NCBI RefSeq assembly: GCF_964355755.1
Contig: NC_092677.1
Span: forward strand, 6,098,101-6,162,100
DNA from: Antedon mediterranea
Taxonomy: Eukaryota > Animalia > Echinodermata
Direction: 5' to 3'
Length of the DNA stretch: 64,000 bases
Positions 38,959 to 51,100 of the stretch are shown here, in pieces; positions within the stretch are counted from its first letter, which is position 1; every line of letters begins with the position of its first letter. The notes below the pieces were generated by a model. It was given only the letters and a program-made list of their open reading frames with translations, was not told the origin of the DNA and did no database searches. The position numbers were made by a program, and so were the translations under genes.

Positions 38959-41900
38959 ATGGCGGATACTCTGCTTCTACGAGCAGTGAAAGGAAAGCCA
39001 AAATGCTTAAATTTGTCATCTAAACATCTGACGCAAATCCCAAGACTTATTGGCAAACTTGAGTGTTTGAATATTCTACATTTAAAAAATAACAAGATTC
39101 AAGATTTACCAGTAGAATTTTCAGCTTTAACCAAAGTAGGCTACTCTCTCTAGCCTACTACTACTAGCTAGGCCTAGTAGAGGCCCTAGGCCTAGCCTAG
39201 GCTAGCATGGAGGTATAAAATAATTATTTTATACCTCCATGGTCCTGTCACACCAAAATCAGTCCGGGCCAAAATCGGTCCGGCCTGGATAAAATCGGTC
39301 CGGGCAGTAGGACTGTTTTTTGCCGCCAAATATGGTCCGGTCTAACAATTATATGGTGTGCAAAATGAGTCATAATGTATATCATTAAAAAAAGGCCATG
39401 ATTAGTCATTATATTGAAAACTACGGGGTTTTATTTGTTATTTTAATATTATAAATTAAGCCTGTTTTTTTTATTATCATTATTAGTAGTAACTCATCAA
39501 TAATTAGTAGGCCTACTAATTGTTAGGCTTTTTGTATACAATTATAATATGTATCTCTGTCTGTTTTTAATCCATTTTGTTCTTTTTTAACATCTTCGTT
39601 TCCCCATGATGTTAAAAACAATTTAATTTATTAATTATTTATGGTTAATCAATCAATATATCAATTCAATACAATTATTATAAAACAATTATCCAATATT
39701 GATTAGGCTGAGGAAGGAAAAAGGCCTCAATCATAAATAAAATCTAGCTGGCAATTTTTATCAGCGTCTCATACCCGTTCGTGTTAGTGTGTGGCAGGCC
39801 GAAATATGAGTGAACACCTAAGTCATGTTTTTAGATAAAATACATTTATTTATAGTGTTTATCCGACAAGATAACTTACTAATATATATCATGGGATATT
39901 TTTCTAGCCATAAACAACTTAAAACAGCATCATAGGCCTAGTAATTCAATTAAAATCGACAGAAGAAAAGCCCGGACCGATTTTGGCAGTGGCGGACTGC
40001 TTTTGGCCACAATTTTAGAGCCAAAACTGGTCCGGCCGGACTGATTTTGGCCCCGGACCATATTTATCGTGACAGTCCTAGGCCGTATTTAAAGAGATGA
40101 TCTTTCTGTTTTGTAGTATTTTGTTTATCTAATTAATGTACAATAAATACTAGGCCTAGCAGAACTACTAAAGTAAACAAGATAATAGGCCTAGCCTAGC
40201 CTAGTTAATACTATAACAGCAGTCCCAAGATCTTTAAAAATAATATAGCCTCTAGGCCTAGCCTATTGGTGATAAATGAACAATGTACAGACTACAGTGA
40301 ACTCTTTCCTAACCATGTTTTTTTATATTATTAATTAAAAATATTACTTTTTGTTTATTCCCAGCTTATTGTATTAAATATTGGCAACAATGAGTTAGAA
40401 GAGATACCAGCATCACTAGGGCAACTAAACAATCTAGAAACATTGCATTTATTTGGTAACAAAATAAAAAAATTGCCAAATAAAATTCTAGGTCAGTATT
40501 CCAATTGCATTCATAACACTGCAGAACATTTAGAACTCAACTCAACTGTGGCAACATAATAAGCGCTCCAAGCAACTGACAGGCACAACAAAACTGTTCT
40601 ATTGTTTCCAAAGCTGTTTCCAAATCAAGTATGGGTGGGTAAAAGTGATAGTAGGGATTAGTTCGATTTTACCGTAAAAGCACTTGCGCATACTGGTTCC
40701 TACAAACTACAAATCGCATTTTGCGCGCCGTAAGGTAACCATGACTATTTAAAATTAGTAAATCGGTTTCAACATAAGCGCTTAAACACTGGTTCCGTTG
40801 AGTTTTTTTTAGTTAGGTTGAGTTCAGTGTCAATACACAGTGTTGGGTATTTTGAGTTTTGCTGTTATTAAACAGCGTAGTTGTTTAGAAACAACTTGAA
40901 TATCTAATCCTGCTGCCATCACTAAAATCTCAATCTGTTGAATGTATGAATGTTAATTTGTTTTTCTTATGGTGTTATAATGTGGATGCTCAAATTGTAA
41001 ACAATTTTATTTTAATACGCAGGTGGACTCAGAAGTTTAACATTTTTGAATTTGAACAATAATGACCTGAGGACTGTGACACCATCGATCAACAAGTAAG
41101 TTGAATTTTCAGTTTAAAACACTATCGCCCGTATTCTTAAACCGGACTTTAGTCGTAGTTCGAGCTAAAACTAAAAAAATGACGTCATTTTAATTCATAA
41201 ACCGAACTTCAACTAAATCGCCGACTAATTCAGGCCAACCTCGACTAAATCGAGACGGATTTTGATCGATTTTTTTAGTCCTGGAGGGGACAGGCTAAAT
41301 GGTCGACTAAATGGTTTTTAAACGATGTTTATGAAAAACGTAACAGTCATTGAGTTGTTATATTGGCCAGATATTGAAGAATGAAATATCTATTTTTATA
41401 TTAGCTTAATTAAATATACATTGGTATATGTTATAATAATGAAAATCATCTTTATTTACAACTGTATACAAATTACATAATTTTCTTCGCGCAAGTCCGA
41501 CTTCAACTACGTCACGCCATAGCGACAATGGCAGATGCGGCAATTCACCACGCGATGGAATGTTTAGGGGGCCTAGCGCTTTCTTGTCACGCTAGGAAGT
41601 GCGTGGTTCGTCGCGATCATACTTTGTTGGAGGCCTAGAAAATATGAAAGTTACCGTACCGCCATGGTTCCTAAATATATTTTGAAGATTTTGTTTGTTG
41701 TTAATCAAAAGTACTTCACTGTTAAATTAATACTGATCTTGTTCTAATAATTAACGATTAAAATTATTTTTCATGTATAGTCCTGATGCGTAAAAAGTGT
41801 TGTAAGAAAATGGAAAGTGATATCAATGCGCAAAATTTCGTCTGCTCCTCAAAATACTCTTGTCATTGGTCAATGTATAGCCTTTGTTACCCAGACGTGT

Positions 41901-44900
41901 GCAACTCGACTAAAAGCTCGACTTCATTAAGTCGAACTGCAAACTTCGACTACTTCGTTTTTTAATCGAATTTGAAATAATAGCTAGAACTACGACTTTT
42001 TCAAGTCGAACTACGACTAAAGTCCGGTTTAAGAATACGGGCGTAAGTCATTTACATGAAATGAATTATTTTCAAATCTAATCAGTGGGCCCATTGTATG
42101 TCAAAAATTGTAAAGCAGTTTAAACAGGGATGTTGGTACAATTAAATTTACATTATCAGTTATTTTATACTATACACAGTTTTTCATAGTGGAGCTCTAG
42201 CTTGGGGGTTAACGTGCTTACCTTTCAATCCCAGGGTTCAATCCTGACCTAGTGGTTGACTCTTTCAACTCCACTCCCTACCCTTTTCACATCTGCATAA
42301 ATTGTTACAAGTTGTAACCAGGTTTGATCTCTTGATTTATTACACGCATACGCAAACCCTGAGGTATCTGGGCTCATTCAATTTAGTATTTTATTTTAGT
42401 CAATTTCTATCTTAATTTTAGATTGGTTAATTTGAAGTACTTGAGTCTAGATGGTAACAGCTTGACTAGTCTGCCATCAGAACTATGTGCCATCAGTCCT
42501 CTGACAGAGCTGCATGCTGCAAACAACCAGTTGACAGCATTGCCTTTAGAAATTAGCTTCCTGGTGAACCTAACAAAGCTTCATGTACAGAAAAATAAGA
42601 TAAGAGAACTTCCTGAAGGAATTGGTAAACTATATAATCTGAAAGTTATCGACATAGCTGCAAATGAATTGAGAATATTTCCAACAGAAGTAAGAAAATA
42701 AAAATTATTTTTTCAAGATAGATTATCATATACATCCTTACATGCGCACTGTAAAGCAATTAAAGATAGTTCTGTTATTAATTAATGGATTGTTTGAAGG
42801 TTTGCATGGCGAAATCAAATGTTGATATAAAGTTTGCGGTACACCACGTGTATTAGTTCTGAAAAGAACTGTTGAGTTTCTCGACGTTTCGATCAATATA
42901 AAATGATCGTCCTCAGGAGTGAGAATGCAGAAAGTCCAGGAAACTTGGAATATAAGTGGAAAGGGTGGGACTGGTGTGAAAGCCAGAAACAATGGCAAGT
43001 TCACACAGTGGGAGGGATTGAAACTAGCTATAGCAAAGCATTGTTTCATTGTTCTTGAGGGTGATCTATCCAGCTGTTGCTGATCATCATTAGGGACCCT
43101 CAGAGGTTCACAAGACAAACATATACACAAGATGCTCTAAATAAACAAAGTCTTATTACAAGTCTTTGGGAGTGGGGTAATTTGGTCCTTAGAAAAAATC
43201 CTGACATGTGACGGGACTTTAACCCAGGACCCTTGGAGTGGTAGACAAGCACCAAGCCACAACTTCATGAGAAACAATGCTTTGCTATAGTTAGTTTCAA
43301 TCCCTCCCACTGTGTGAACTTGCCATTGTTTCTGGCTTTCACACCAGTCCCACCCTTTCCACTTATATTCCAAGTTTCCTGGACTTTCTGCATTCTCACT
43401 CCTGAGGACGATCAAAGTATATTGATCGAAACGTCGAGAAACTCAACAGTTCCTTTCAGAACTAATACACATGGTGTACCGCAAACTTTATATCAACAAT
43501 TAATGGATTAACACATTCCATTTTGCAACTCAATCCCCAACATTGTTTTAAAAAATATGTAATGTATTAAATGTTAATATATATACGTATATTTAAGTTG
43601 TTCAACTTTTCTAGATGTACTAGCACTACAATTGTGTTTATTTTACATTCTTAAGTAAATTATGTACATTGTTGCCTATTATTCTCTTCCTGTCACTGGC
43701 TCCTTTTTAATATATTTATAATATATTTATAGATGGTACATTTCTGCTTATTTGCCATTTATTCATAAATTTGTATATATTTTCTTTTTATATGCCTGTG
43801 AGAATTTAAATGAATAAATATTGTGATTCTTTCCATTTTTCTTTCTTTATATTGACAGTTGAATAAACTACCACTGAAAGAATTGTACTGTGAAGAGAAC
43901 CCATTAATTGACCATGTTCCTATTAAATCTGTACAAGAGGAAGAAGTTCTAACTTTGAAGGTACTACTACTACTTTACTATATAGAAATGTGGGAGGAAG
44001 AGGCAATGTGTTGATGATGGAAGTTAAGGAGTGGAAGCATTGCCATTATATTATTATGTATATAGAATATATTAAATAATAAAGATATAATATTTATCAA
44101 TTACAGGAAATATGTGCTAGATTCATAATGAGTGAACTCAAAACAAGGTAATCTTATTTTTCATTTAATCTAAATTTGAAAAATTATTTTATTCCAAATC
44201 ATGTTCTCTATTAATATCAGTGATATGTTCTATTTATTACAGTACAGTATTAATAATAAGCCGGATATTAACAATAAACTTGGGGGTAATAAGTGATGAA
44301 AAGGGGTTTAGGAATGTATCTGATATACCTAATTGAATTAATTACATTAGTTTATTTACTGTAATTGTATGTACCATATTTCTTCAAATAAAGACCCCCC
44401 CCCCCCCCCCCCCCATAGAACTTCATTTCGAATAAACGCCCTGGAGTGTTTATTTATTTCCTTGAATAAACAACCGACCACATTCATATACACAATATTG
44501 TACTACACTTTCCTATTTGTATTTATTATCAATCATTAGTCTTCGCCATGATTCCAAATATGCCGGTAACAAGTCAACGAGTGCTAGTAGTACTGACTCC
44601 ACAATTTGTAACACTCCTATATCCAACAATAGGTAAATCATTGTGGGCACACTTTGTAATTTTTTTAACACAAGCACAATTTTGATTGAGAGTGTATTAC
44701 TAGTACTGTTGATATTATTTTGACCACTATTATAAACTCCGTTTTTCACTCCTAGGCACAAGTTAATTTGTATTCATTGTGTTTCTTAAACATTAGATTG
44801 CTATATGACCAAACACTTACCTTCTATTTTACATGCACACTATTTAACCTGGTCATGTGTGGTACAGTCTACAGTCTAATTTTGTACAGACTGTTTCACA

Positions 44901-46250
44901 ATTTCTCATATTTAACATAACTATTTATGAAACTTGAAAGTCTCATTTATGAAAGTTTTCATTATAGGTGATCATGATTGACTCATTTCCATTGTTTTGA
45001 TTACTCAATTATTACTTTTCTAAAAATACAAAACTATGGTTTTCACTCATTATTGCTCAATATTATTCTTTGTAGATAAGTTTCACTTTCAAAGTACTTT
45101 AAAAATAGGTTCATACAAAACTATGGTTTTCACTCATTATTGCTCAATATTATTCTTTGTAGATAAGTTTCACTTTCAAAGTACTTTAAAAATAGGTTCA
45201 TATAAAAAATTCTTGTCAATTGCCAAGCATTTAAAATTGAATTTCGCAATTTGCATAAGTTATTTTGTCAATCTTAGAGCTCTGCTGACAATCAAAATTT
45301 GCATATTCATAATTTACTTTAATTGTTGACAGGTGGTCTTATTTAAGAATAGCTATTCGCCACTACCCCAGTGTGAAGGAGATGTTGGGACAGGCTAGCA
45401 AATGTGCGTTCTGTAATCGTTCATTCCTAAACACATGGCTTGAATGTGTCACGTTTGTTGATGCCAAGAAGGCAAGTATTCAATTAAAATTATAATTTAG
45501 CATGAAATTTATTGATTCCTGATCTAATAGAATAATAAAATAATAATATGAAATCAATGTAATACAATACTAATAAACATGGATCTCTTCTTGATGAAAC
45601 TTGATTTATTTACTGTATTTAAAATCGGTCGGTATGTAGCAATGATAATGACCTTATTTTAGTATTGTATAAAAGTATTTTTCACTATTGTTAACAGCTA
45701 AATATATCTTTATTACAGTCTATTCTGTGCATTAGACCGTAATTTATATACTATTGAACATTATGTTGACAGTTTGTTTGGTTAAAAACACAAAGGGTTC
45801 AGTCGTCTACTTAACTATACTAAATTTGTAAAGTTTATATGTGCTGTATAAGAAATTAAATGCATGTATTAACCAGTTCTCCTAAATTGTACAATATAAG
45901 TTGTTTTAGATAAAACCATCTGAACTCTCACTTGTAATATGCAATATAGTGAAAGTTAAAGCCATTTTTTATCTATTTTTAAATATATATTTGAAAGTTT
46001 CGATTTCAAGATTGGAGCAGATTACATTTTTTTTTTCTCCCTGGAGAGATTTTATCAAAGCTTCTATGAAGAATTATGAACTTCTGTTTGCAAACATTAT
46101 ATGCGATATTTTATTTTCAATTAATTTTATTATTTACAGGATCTGAAGACAATGAATTCCCCTGGCAGGATTCCAATACGAGCATTGCTCTGCTCATACA
46201 AGTGCTTCAACACACCTGGTCATCGCTTCTATGGTGTTGCATTCCCATGA
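38959..46250 (+). CDS. LRRC69: Leucine-rich repeat-containing protein 69-like, 8 coding exons
   Basis: Exons 38959-39135, 40365-40491, 41023-41095, 42422-42689, 43859-43960, 44107-44147, 45333-45471, 46140-46250 join in frame; LRRs, then LKELYCEENPL..CAFC..TWLECV..LLCSYKCF as recalled for vertebrate LRRC69. Confidence 0.9.
39206..39241. repeat. Perfect 36-bp CATGG...CCATG palindrome (P-element-like remnant)
   Basis: catggaggtataaaataa|ttattttatacctccatg. Confidence 0.8.
39246..40074. mobile_element. Ginger-like non-autonomous DNA element in LRRC69 intron 1
   Basis: TGTCAC...GTGACA termini, 4-bp TSD GTCC, inverted ggtccgg subterminal repeats. Confidence 0.75.
41126..42043. mobile_element. 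PIF/Harbinger-like MITE (copy 2, inverted relative to 15198-16104)
   Basis: TIR cgcccgtattcttaaaccggactttagtcgtagttcga at both ends; flanks TAT and TAA. Confidence 0.9.
42190..42385 (+). mobile_element. Degenerate tRNA-derived SINE
   Basis: A-box-like tagcttgggggtt and B box gggttcaatcc followed by a short body. Confidence 0.45.
42880..42919 (-). ncRNA. Minimal type I hammerhead ribozyme motif (second copy)
   Basis: Reverse complement reads ctc-CTGAGGA-cgatca..tgatc-GAAAC-GTC-gag. Confidence 0.75.
43398..43438 (+). ncRNA. Minimal type I hammerhead ribozyme motif
   Basis: ctc-CTGAGGA-cgatcaa..ttgatc-GAAAC-GTC-gag: conserved core, paired stem II, very short stem III as in Penelope-like element hammerheads. 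Confidence 0.75.
45027..45202. repeat. 87-bp tandem duplication in LRRC69 intron 6
   Basis: atacaaaactatggtttttcactc...aaaataggttc occurs twice back to back. Confidence 0.95.
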
Positions 46251-47015
46251 TGATAAAATACACACTAGTTTGGCATTTGGTCCTTATTGTATTCGTCTTC
46301 AAAATATGTGTAGAGCGCATCATCTTCCACCTCTGAGGCGCTTCCAAATGTTAATAATAAAACAAGTTGTTTCGTGATATTTAATATGTAAATAATATGT
46401 AAAAAAAGCACTGTTTGTGATGAGTGAGATTTAAAATAAATGTATTGAATTTCAACTATGTTAAGTTTTGTTTCTGTGCACAGTACTGACCCTGTTAAAT
46501 CTTTCACACAATACATTATCAAACCCCTGGCATATACCATTTCAAATAATTACAAAACAAAAGAGGTTTTGCAATCAATTCACATGAAATTGTTATTAGA
46601 GTGGCTTGGATTTCGATAAGAATAGGCTACAGTCTATAGTTCACACCTGAAAATGAACTGTACCTATTTTGGTGGGAGAATGCAATCCAAGTTTTTTGTT
46701 ATCTGTTTGAAAGGTATCAATATTATGCCTTGAGACACTCATATGCAGTCGTGCTACGCCTGCACTGTTGAGTGTATTCTAAACAATCCTTGTAGGTGAA
46801 AAATCATTATTCTAAAACTACTGTATACACCATATTAAAATAAGTTGAACGATTAAGTAATTTTTCCGCAAGATACTCTTTAATTACATTTTCATGTTAT
46901 TAATTTGATTTCTACTGCTACCTTCGCTACAGATAATAAAAAGTAATTTTCAAATTTGATGTTGCCACGGTCAAACTAATATAGAGAGGACAGCAAAATA
47001 TTAGTACACACATCA

Positions 47016-48048
47016 CAGGCCCGTAGCCAGGGGGGGTTTTTATGGTTCGGGCGAACCCCCCCTTTACAGCGAACCCCCATCTCCGACATGCCCAATACAA
47101 TACCTCACCCTCATCTCCAAAAATCCTCCAAATACGTGCCCCACAGTACAAAAAGTTGTTTGTAAATTGAAAAAATCGTAAACTTGTTCGTGAACCTTCT
47201 TCTCTGTATGAGCGTCAACTAGTGATACATGTCTGTAAATTTCTAAAAGCTGCAAATGAATTGCCGATTTTAACCTGAAAAATAAATGTTTGGTCCCTGC
47301 ATGTAACATGATATTGACGCGTCTCATAGCGAGCTGACGCACGAACGATTCGTACAAAGGACACCGCCAGACAACTGCGTACCTATTGTTTATATCACTG
47401 GCAGTCAGGCAGCATGCATAAAGTAGCCTTCCGACGTACATCGGTATTTATGTGTGACTATGAAGTATAATGTATCATAGAGGATTATAGTGAATATTAA
47501 TATTTTACACTATAATATCTATGGTATCAAGTACTGTAGTTCACATTATGGCATCCGATTAATTTTTTTTAGACCACCAGCCAATACGTACTAAAATGTA
47601 TCAATATCACCTATTTACATATTTATATTCCTCAACACATTGCTGTAAATAAATATTATAGATAGAGCTAGCAAATAGCATTTGCCTTCACCCAGTGTGC
47701 TTTTTTCGGGGCTGGATATACGTTCGCATTGAACTTGAACGCAAAACAAAATACGGAGTAAATGATCAAACAATCGGCGGTTCCGCACAGAGCACGCGCA
47801 TCTAACATACGGCAACAAATAGTTATCGTCATTTAAATTATCGACGTGTTTGAGGAGGAGGAAAAAAGTACGATCTTTTTGCTCATTGGCTATATAGCAT
47901 GCTGCACGAGAGTGTCTTTTCCGGCCATCTAGGGGTGTCATTTAACAAAATTCGCTTCGCATCAGGCTGGGGGAGGAGGGGGGGGGGGGGGTTGACCCAA
48001 ATATTTAGTGTCCGAACCCCCCCTTGACAGATCCTGGCTACGGCCCTG
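47016..48048. mobile_element. Non-autonomous CAG-terminated TIR element (hAT-like)
   Basis: caggcccgtagccagg ... cctggctacggccctg, cgaacccccc subterminal motifs; catca on both flanks. Confidence 0.82.
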
Positions 48049-48116
48049 CATCACCACCTGGAATTCGAATGCGTGTTATTTATATTGTATCACAATGGAG
48101 TACAGTAGTTGATACC

Positions 48117-51100
48117 TCACATTCCCTTTCTATGTTCCTTCCTATATTCAAGAAAATCTGAAAAAAAAAAGAATTATATTAAACATAATTATAAATTAAA
48201 ATTAACGATTGTTTGACTACTGCATTTCATTCTGATGAAAAACGTTAGTAGAAATAGAAGTACTGTAGATAATAAATAAATAATAAATAAATATCTTTAA
48301 TCTGTAACTCTGATGGAGTGATGGCATAAAATAAATAAATGCTGATTCAAAATAAGCGAGCCTTCGAGTTGTTAATGAAGGCTTGTCTGTCCATTCCAAC
48401 ATTATCGAGAACTTGTTTGAATAACGTGTTCATATTTCTACCACGCTTCGAGCATTTGTCATCTTGGAAGAATAGGTTTTTCGTCATCCGATCATTATCA
48501 GATCTAATCAGATGTGCAGAATAATTTCGTTGCTGGGTTTTGATGAATGTAGATATATCACATGTCTTACATATATTGTGGATGTCCATTCCAACATTAT
48601 CGAGAACTTAATTGAATAAACGTGTTGGTATTTCTACCACGCTTCAACATTTGTCATCTTGGAAGAATAGCTTTTTGTCATCGGATATCATTATCGGATC
48701 TAATCAGATGTGCAGCATAATTTCGTTGCTGGGTTTTGATGAATGTAGATATATCACATGTCTTACATTGTGGATGTCATGCTGTCATTGAATTATCAAT
48801 CTTTTGCTTAATATGAGGGCCACTGAGGATTTCATGCTTGTTATCATTATGTGTTGTGTTATGTGTATACAGATATTTAATGTACAGTAATTACGACTTT
48901 TTGATTATTCTGTTTTACTGATTTTCAACATTGAGAATACAATTGGTCAGATGTTTTGCCCTACTCTGACGTAATTTGTACTTTATACTAAGTACATTTG
49001 AGAATACCAGCGAAAAAAGTAATTCTCGGGTGGGACTCGAGCCCACGACCTCCAGATCACTAGCCTGGCGTTCATACCTCTAGACCACCACCGAGTTTGC
49101 GCTGATGGCTAGTGATTAGATTCAAGTCCAAGTAAGCAGCGGGTGCTGCACCAACAGGAGAATACAATTACGATTATAGATATCAATAAAGTTCAAAATG
49201 CAAACTCACTTATTAACCAAAAGTAAACAGGCAAGACTAACAAGAAAATCCCATACAAAATACTGACTCCAGCAAGTAGAATTTTAATTCCTACAAAATG
49301 TAAATAAGTTTATTTAGTAAAAACTAGGTAGTTTTTAATATCATTATGTATCTCCCTTTCAGCATATTATTCTGATGCAAGACATTAAATATCAATATTT
49401 CATTCATATATTGAATATTTGCCTTTAAAATTATGGGTATTCCTGGATATACTTACGATCGTCATTGACTTTTGGAGAATCGCACCAGCCTAGAAAGACA
49501 GAAAATAGGCCTACATTAAAATTTTTCTCTGCAGATTTAAAAAAAAATTATATTCAACATCATTTCTAGACATACCAATACAACCATATTTATTATACTC
49601 ACCGGCACAGATGGGGGGGGGGGGGGAGGGGGAATTGTTCACCTTTCAACAGTAAAATCATTAAATTGTTGAAATGAATTAGAAAGTAAGACACACAAAC
49701 GTATCGTATGTAATTTCAGTATCTAAGAAGACTATTAGATTTTGCGTGAATATAAACAGTGGTGTATTCTTACAGGTGGAATTTGTATGTGCTCAGAAAT
49801 TGCTTAAAACGACCTATAAATGACCTGCGCCGTTGGTTATACTCACACTGATCACTAAGGTGCTTCGTGTAGAAATAAGCAAGGTGCTTTGTTTGACTGT
49901 CCTTTGTGCCTGCTTCGTTACTCGCTCTACAAAAGTAATCACCAACATCACTAGCCTTCACATTGGATGTGTAATTTAATTCAGTCCCAGTGCCATTTGT
50001 AGAAGCTATCCATTTTCCATTCTTATAAATCTCCAGAACTGGTTCTGGATAAGCATCACCAGCAGTACAGACAAACTCCAGCAAATTACCATTTATCAGT
50101 GTTGTAGGTAGTACAATGCTTGGGGGATGTATAACTAAACATGAAAATTCAAATTATAGACACTCCGTATGCAATGTATCATTTTGTGGCAATTATAAAT
50201 GTGTTATATAATTATTGACAAATAATACACACATGTAAACATTTATTATAACAACTCACATTGGACACTAAGGTGCATTGTTTGACTGTCCTTTGTTCCT
50301 GCTTCGTTACTGGCTCTACAAAAGTAATCATCAGCATCACTAGCCTTCACATTGGATGTGTAATTCAGTTCAGTCCCAGTGCCATTTGTAGAAGCTATCC
50401 ATTTTCCATTCTTGTAAATCTCAAGAACTGGTTCCGGATAAGCATCACCAGCAGTACAGACAATCTCCAGTACATCACCATTTATCAGTTTTGTAGTTAG
50501 AACAATACTTGGAGCATCTAAAACTAAAATTATAATACAAGCTCTACAGTACACTGTACAGTTAGGACAACAAAATTACAAATAACAAAATGTTATTTAT
50601 ATAATTATTAACACTTCCTGTAGACAAGCATACGAGTGAAATTATAAATAGTTCACAGGTGTCAGATAATATAAATACATGGAGCGCATAAACGGAATAA
50701 CAGTAAGAAATAATTTTATTTCTCTTACTACTTTAGTTGAAGGAGGCCGATACTAAAGTATCTTATCAAAGCTAGGAAACATCTTATCTGAAAAGCAAAC
50801 AAATATAATCTTTTTTCTTACATAATACAGAAACATTGCCTATGGAAGAGCTTTTTGATGGCTCATCATCGACTAAACTGACTTCACATTCGTAAACAGC
50901 AGAATCTGATCGTTTTACTTCATGTATTATAAGAACACCATCCGAAATGTCCATTCTTGTCTTGTTCAACACTGCTTTGTATAATCCTTGTTTTTTTCCA
51001 ATTTCTTGTCTGTTACCGTTAACCATTTTGTACCAATATAATAATGGGTCTAGGATAGACGTTGAATGAGACCTCTCAATAGAGCAATTAAAACCAATCC

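Larger units (their letters stand above)
42792..43497 (-). mobile_element. Penelope-like non-coding insertion with two inverted pseudo-LTRs
   Basis: About 228-bp inverted arms (42820-43047 and 43271-43498), each with a hammerhead core; 12-bp flanking direct repeat aattaatggatt (42780-42791 and 43498-43509). Confidence 0.85.

Noticed and set aside
42738-43511. ORFs of 65-130 aa on both strands in LRRC69 intron 4
   Set aside because: Mirror translations of the inverted pseudo-LTR arms, with no recognisable domain.
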